Source of the DNA: Macrostomum lignano
Lineage: Eukaryota
Length of the DNA: 64,000 bases
Assembly: GCA_002269645.1 (NCBI GenBank)
Contig: NIVC01000362.1
Coordinates: 62,001 to 126,000, forward strand
Direction of reading: 5' to 3'
Shown here: in pieces, positions 48,470 through 64,000 of the stretch
How the letters are laid out: each line of letters begins with the position of its first letter
Position numbering within the stretch: position 1 is the first letter of the stretch
The notes under the pieces: generated by a model
Told to the model about the DNA's origin: nothing
Database searches by the model: none
What the model saw: only the letters and a program-made list of their open reading frames with translations
Program-made: the position numbers and the translations under genes

Positions 48470-49487
48470 TGCGCAATTTAAGATCGGAGATATATAGAAA
48501 TTATCTCTGTCATCATTAAAATTATCCAAGCATTTTATGGCTGAAATAAGTGGAAGTCATTAATTTAGGAAATCAATTTTTCTTTAACGAATCACGAAAA
48601 CTTTACTATTTTTATCCTATTTACACTACTCACTAAGTAGTCCAACATGTTTCCGAGTTATACGAGCGTATAATACTCGTAGAAATGATGAAAAATAAAT
48701 ATTCTGACCTATAATTTTAACAAATGATGAAAACCAAGATTTAGCCAATTCAACATATTTAATACGCGATACATACTACTTTATTTGCAGAGTAATTAAA
48801 AAGTTATTAGGTAAGCAAAACTAATTATATTTATTTTCAGTAGCAACATAGTCAAATACTTGATAAAATCACTTAATCAAAGGTTCATTTAAGCAAAGCA
48901 AACAAGAAGCGGATTTGAGAAGGCACATTAATTAGTTGTCAAATCGTGCAAAATTGAGCAGTAATATTACCGGTCAGTAGCCAAAATAAAGGCAGCAAAG
49001 CGTAAAAATTATTTATATTGTAACAACAACAACAAAATAACCAGCAAGTTTCCGCTCGCTACTGTCAGTAGCGTGATAGAAAAGTTAATAGCTGTTAAAC
49101 CAATAAAAAAGCATATACACACAGAGCCGATGCCAAATTCCAAAACTGTCAAAAATCAATAAAAAGCGGAGAATCAGGATTAACAATTCAAATAAAATAG
49201 CAAAGCTCTGAGCAGTGATGGTTGCAAAGCATATGCAACAGTATAGAGTTAATAATAATACTGTGGTTTATAATAAAACATTTGATTATATGCCAGATGG
49301 CAGTTAATGAAGTAATGCTGTAATAAAAGTACACAGAGCCCTCCTACAGGTTTTAATCTATGCTTTAATGGCCAACCTCCCAAAGCACAGAGAATGTACA
49401 CTGCTTAATTTTTTTTACTGATCTAAGAATTCGAACCCACGACCTTCAAGTGAGCTCGTAACAATCAGTAGTTACAAAGACAAGCAT

Positions 49488-59775
<10,288 letters not shown>

Positions 59776-59924
59776 TCGATTGTCATCTGGGATCTGGAAG
59801 AGATCATGCATATATAAGCGGATTTAGTTACATACCTTTACTTCAAACTATTTAGCACATTTCCAACTTAACGGACCGATTAGTAGATGAGAATGAGAAT
59901 CATTGGAGCTGGGTGCCAGTTAGA

Positions 59925-61045
59925 TATGAGGGATCAGAGAGGGTCAGCGGCAGTTACATATAAGGGATCAGAGAGGGTAAATGGCGGTTCAATAAGAAGA
60001 ATCAGAAAGGGTGAATGATGGCTTAATTTAAGGGATCAGAGAGGGTAAATGGCGGTTCAATATGAGGGATCAGAGAGGGTAAATGGCGGTTCAATAAGAA
60101 GAATCAGAAAGGGTGAATGATGGCTTAATTTAAGGGATCAGAGAGGGTAAATGGCGGTTTAATGAGGGATTAGAGAGGGTTAATAGCGGTTCAATTTGAG
60201 GGATCAGAGAGGGTAAATGGCGGTTCAATAAGAAGAATCAGAAAGGGTGAATGATGGCTTAATTTAAGGGATCAGAGAGGGTAAATGGCGGTTTAATGAG
60301 GGATTAGAGAGGGTTAATAGCGGTTCAATTTGAGGGATCAGAGAGGGTAAATGGCGGTTCAATAAGAAGAATCAGAAAGTGTGAATGATGGTTTAATATC
60401 AGGGATCAGAGAGAATAAATGGCGGTTTAATGAGGGATCAGAGAGGCTTATTTTTTTATTAGAGGCAGGGGGTTGTGTGCACCCTGGCGCACTTTAAGCG
60501 ACATTGGCACACAACCGGCGAGAGGCATTACTGCCCATTCCGCCGACTCCCCTGAGCAGGCATACAAGCGCGCGGATACGTACGCAGGCACACACTCACA
60601 CAGGAGTGTACAGCGGTCCTAACTTTATATTATCGTTAGGCATGTACACTTCACTGCGCCTTGGGGGGTTGGCTCTCAAGGCCGTTAATTGCACGAGCAG
60701 AGCCAAGCCGAGATTCCAATTCAGCCCCAAATTAATGTGACTGCACTTGGAATCGAGCCTGGGTCGCTGGCACACCAGAGCAGCTGCGCTACCGCTGGGC
60801 TACGGCCCCCCTCTCAGAGAAGGTTAATGGCGGTTCAATAAGAAGAATCAGAAAGGGTGAATGATGGTTTAATATCAGGGATCAGAGAGGATAAATGGCG
60901 GTTTAATGAGGGATTAGAGAGGGTTAATAGCGGTTCAATATGAGGGATCAGAGAGGGTAAATGGCGGTTCAATAAGAAGAATCAGAAAGGGTGAATGATG
61001 GTTTGATATCAGGTATCAGAAAAGGGTAAATGGCGGTTCAATATT
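59925..61045. repeat. Compound minisatellite (GAGGGATCAGAGAGGGTAAATGGCGGTTCAAT and variants) interrupted by a SINE
   Basis: Arrays at 59925-60445 and 60811-61045 flank SINE copy C. Confidence 0.9.
60446..60810 (-). mobile_element. tRNA-derived SINE, family 1, copy C (most complete)
   Basis: Minus strand reads GGGGCCGTAGCCCAGCGGTAGCG (A-box)...GCTCGATTCC (B-box)...TAATAAAAAAATAA tail; flanked by a TCAGAGA(A)GG duplication. Confidence 0.85.
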
Positions 61046-61529
61046 ACGCAATAAATCTGAGAATCAAGAAGTAAGAATCAAAGGATTAAGATGACGATTC
61101 TAATGTAAGAATTAAATATTTGACAACTTTCCAAGCTTTTGCTAACAATTAAATACGAGCGTAATAATAACATTAGTAGCTGCAACGTCAAGCAATTCTG
61201 TTCTTTTCCAATATAATTAATATAATAGCCAGCATTGCCAGTCACGTGACATTCAAACAGAGCGATAATTAGGCAATGTTAACAAAAAACAGTAGCAAAA
61301 GTATAATGTAAATTGTTTTTTCAGAACTAAAATTAACATAACCGAGAAATCAATCATAGTAAAAATAAAGCCACGGCTGCAGAACTCACATCGGGTGGTC
61401 GGAACCAGAGTTACAATGGGAAAGAAGGCTTAGAAAGGAAGCAAAATTCTACTTTAAATGTAAAAATAAAGCACAATAACGACAAATTAAATTTCCCCAA
61501 ATTAAACTCGTTTTTATGAGACTCATTTC

Positions 61530-61915
61530 TTAGAATAGACCCGTTGCTACTGCTATGCGACTCATTTCTAAGAATAGTAGATCCGTTGCTATGCGACTCA
61601 TTTCTAAGAATAGTAGACCCGTTGCTATGCGACTCATTTCTAAGAATAGTAGATCCGTTGCTATGCGACTCATTTCTAAGAATAGTAGACCCGTTGCTAT
61701 GCGACTCATTTCTAAGAATAGTAGACCCGTTGCTATGCGACTCATTTCTAAGAATAGTAGACCCGTTGCTATGCGACTCATTTCTAAGAATAGTAGACCC
61801 GTTGCTATGCGACTCATTTCTAAGAATAGTAGACCCGTTGCTATGCGACTCATTTCTAAGAATAGTAGACCCGTTGCTATGCGACTCATTTCTAAGAATA
61901 GACCCGTTGCTATGG
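61530..61915. repeat. Minisatellite, 36-nt unit GACCCGTTGCTATGCGACTCATTTCTAAGAATAGTA
   Basis: About 10 near-perfect copies downstream of PFDN2. Confidence 0.95.
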
Positions 61916-62030
61916 GACTTTTCGCTATGAAACTGGTTTCTAATAATTTTTAAGAAAGCATTTTAATAAAGCCCTAGGTTTAAACGAACACAATATTTGC
62001 CGTAGTAGTTCATTATTAATAAATAGATTG

Positions 62031-62516
62031 CTAAGCCACCAATACACCGCCCCCAGATCCGCTGTCTCCATCGGGCTTGTTGCTGCCGCTGCTGCCACCG
62101 CTACCGCCTGCGGCAGCCGCATCGCTAGGCCGTTCGCCAGCCAGCCGGATTCCGTGCTTCTCTTTGAATTCGTTCAATTCGCGGCCCTTGTCTTCTAGGC
62201 GCTGTTTCATCTGTTCAACAAGAGCCAGCATCTGTTCCCGATTGGTAGACAGAGTTGGCAGGACTTCCCCGGCTGTGCGTTCAACTAACACGCTGCCAAC
62301 CATGCGATAGCACTTCCTATCTGGTTGGACTTTCTCTAACACGTCAATAACTAGGCCGAATTCGCGGGCCTCCATCTCCATCTGGTTGATTCGCATACCA
62401 ATTTGACGCTGCTCTTCGCGCAGCACGTTGAACTGATTGACAGCCTCTTGTACGTTTTTTTTGCTAGGCGCGGCACCGCTGCTGCCGCTACTGTTGCTAA
62501 CCGCAGATGTTGACAT
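62031..62516 (-). CDS. PFDN2: Prefoldin subunit 2, intronless CDS
   Basis: 161-aa ORF with FNVLREEQRQI...EFGLVIDVLEKVQPDRKCYRMVGSVLVERTAGEVLPTL...KGRELNEFKEKHGIR, the PFDN2 signature. Confidence 0.96.
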   Translation of the reverse strand: MSTSAVSNSSGSSGAAPSKKNVQEAVNQFNVLREEQRQIGMRINQMEMEAREFGLVIDVLEKVQPDRKCYRMVGSVLVERTAGEVLPTLSTNREQMLALVEQMKQRLEDKGRELNEFKEKHGIRLAGERPSDAAAAGGSGGSSGSNKPDGDSGSGGGVLVA

Positions 62517-64000
62517 ATTGGATATTTTTAGAGCTAGTTTAACCTCTCTGCAATTAGGGTATAGTAAAAAAATATTACAATATAAGAAATGTTGCAGTGC
62601 ATGTTTTGCTACTAGTTAGTAGTATCTAGTATGAGCTGACTTATTTTATTTCTTTCACGATTCGTTTCTTTTATGGACCAAAAGCATACATGCAACATTA
62701 TATTGAGAAGCAGAGGACACGCAATAAATATGGATTCAATAATTTATTCACTTATTAGCTAATTTAAATGCCATTTCAAGGCATACCCAACCCAGGATGC
62801 TTTCGAAACAAATATGCCATTTTGCAAGCATCAAAGAAGTGCAACCTTCAAACTTCTTGAGTACAGTTCTAAAATGCTCAAACTTTCGGCAGGCACATCC
62901 ACATATAGTATTTCTATGAAACTTTATGCATCAATAAAACAAACATAAAAGAGAATGTAGGTCAAATTTAAACTTATTTAAACAATCCTGCTGTCCACAG
63001 AGAATACAGTCTGGAAACTTTTGCAACACCCCTCATATATCAGTAACTGGGTGTTTGCTGTATAAATAAGAACAGTTACTAAAAATACCACAATTTATTC
63101 AAATTATTGCCAACATTCCTGTCCTACTTCTAAACATAGTAAACATCTTGCTTTGGCCCAGAATCAACTGAATCGATTTGGTTGTTATTGACAAGCAAAT
63201 AACATGAAAAGCTCTTCCAATCACTGTGTACTTCAGTGCAGCAAATTGTGGCAAATGCAAAGTAGCATGTGAAGGCTAATATTATATGTTTAAACAGGCC
63301 AGCTGGGCCAATAAAAAAGTAAGTTTCTGTTAATAGAAAGAGCAATATCTGGGATCATGTCTAGCCCAAATTTAATATCCAAAATGATGTTAAATTTTGA
63401 CAGCTAAACATGCACAATCATTGACCAGATGGTTCTTGATTCCAAGTTTTAGAAGCTATTAGGATGATAAGTTGGATGCCAAAAAACACCAGCAATTCAA
63501 TAGTATGAGTTCAATGGGATTATGGGAAGGCAATTGACATCCTACACTATTGATAGGAAAGGTGTGATCTTTACTAGTGGCTATGCGGAAAATACCTCCT
63601 ATCAATCTGATGACAACATGTAAGACTTGTTAATCATCCACTGAAGGATAAAGCCATATCTGACATTGACAAAGAAGACTTTGTGGCAACATTTTTAATA
63701 CTATTATATAGTGTGCAACTATTTCTGTTTGTTGCTTCTTTAAATCTATGGTCAGACCTTCACAATGAAACATGTGACTTTTAATGATATAAGTTCTAGC
63801 ATAAAACTGTTTTGCAATTAGACCCCTATAGCCTAAGCTAATACTCAAAAGGGAAAGGACTTATGGGAATATCCATCCCTTGTAAATACTACTATAAGAG
63901 TGCACTAATGGACTATCTGAATTTTCTAGCGTGGATAAATGATACATTCAGCCTTTCTAGCCTATAGTACTTTAAAGTGGCTAGTCAAGACATTCATCAA

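Noticed and set aside
60735-60810. tRNA gene (also 50446-50520, 54660-54725, 55750-55820)
   Set aside because: A- and B-boxes are present, but there is no complete acceptor stem and each runs into a shared repeat body; these are SINE heads.
63120-63620. Possible plus-strand exons divergent from PFDN2 (e.g. 63453-63619 with a GTAAGA donor)
   Set aside because: No continuous frame or recognisable motif; cannot be supported within this window.

Overview
Eukaryotic (animal) genomic DNA: GC-rich spliced exons separated by AT-rich introns, most of which hold their own tandem repeat. The style suggests a repeat-rich invertebrate such as a macrostomid flatworm, but that is inference only. I reconstructed nine protein-coding genes by hand from splice signals and reading-frame phase: two tandem SLC1A/EAAT transporter paralogs (+), CCDC66-like (-, 14.6-34.9 kb), SID-1/SIDT-family (+, nested in the 12.4-kb CCDC66 intron), TSGA13-like (+), an uncharacterised STI1-domain protein (+), TAF1C-like (-), MICAL-like (-) and PFDN2 (-). 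There are also two tRNA-derived SINE families, a hAT-like MITE family and about 40 tandem-repeat arrays. Main points of interest: (1) the second EAAT paralog has coordinated substitutions at the Na3, proton/K+ and coupling residues; (2) the SIDT gene is nested antisense in CCDC66, and a further cryptic exon set may lie in the same intron; (3) two TAF1C introns consist of tandem 5' splice-site copies; (4) three co-directional gene pairs are each spaced about 1.0 kb apart, suggesting operons or trans-splicing; (5) four genes each need one extra base to stay in frame, most likely consensus errors. Family assignments rest on recalled motifs; no database search was run.
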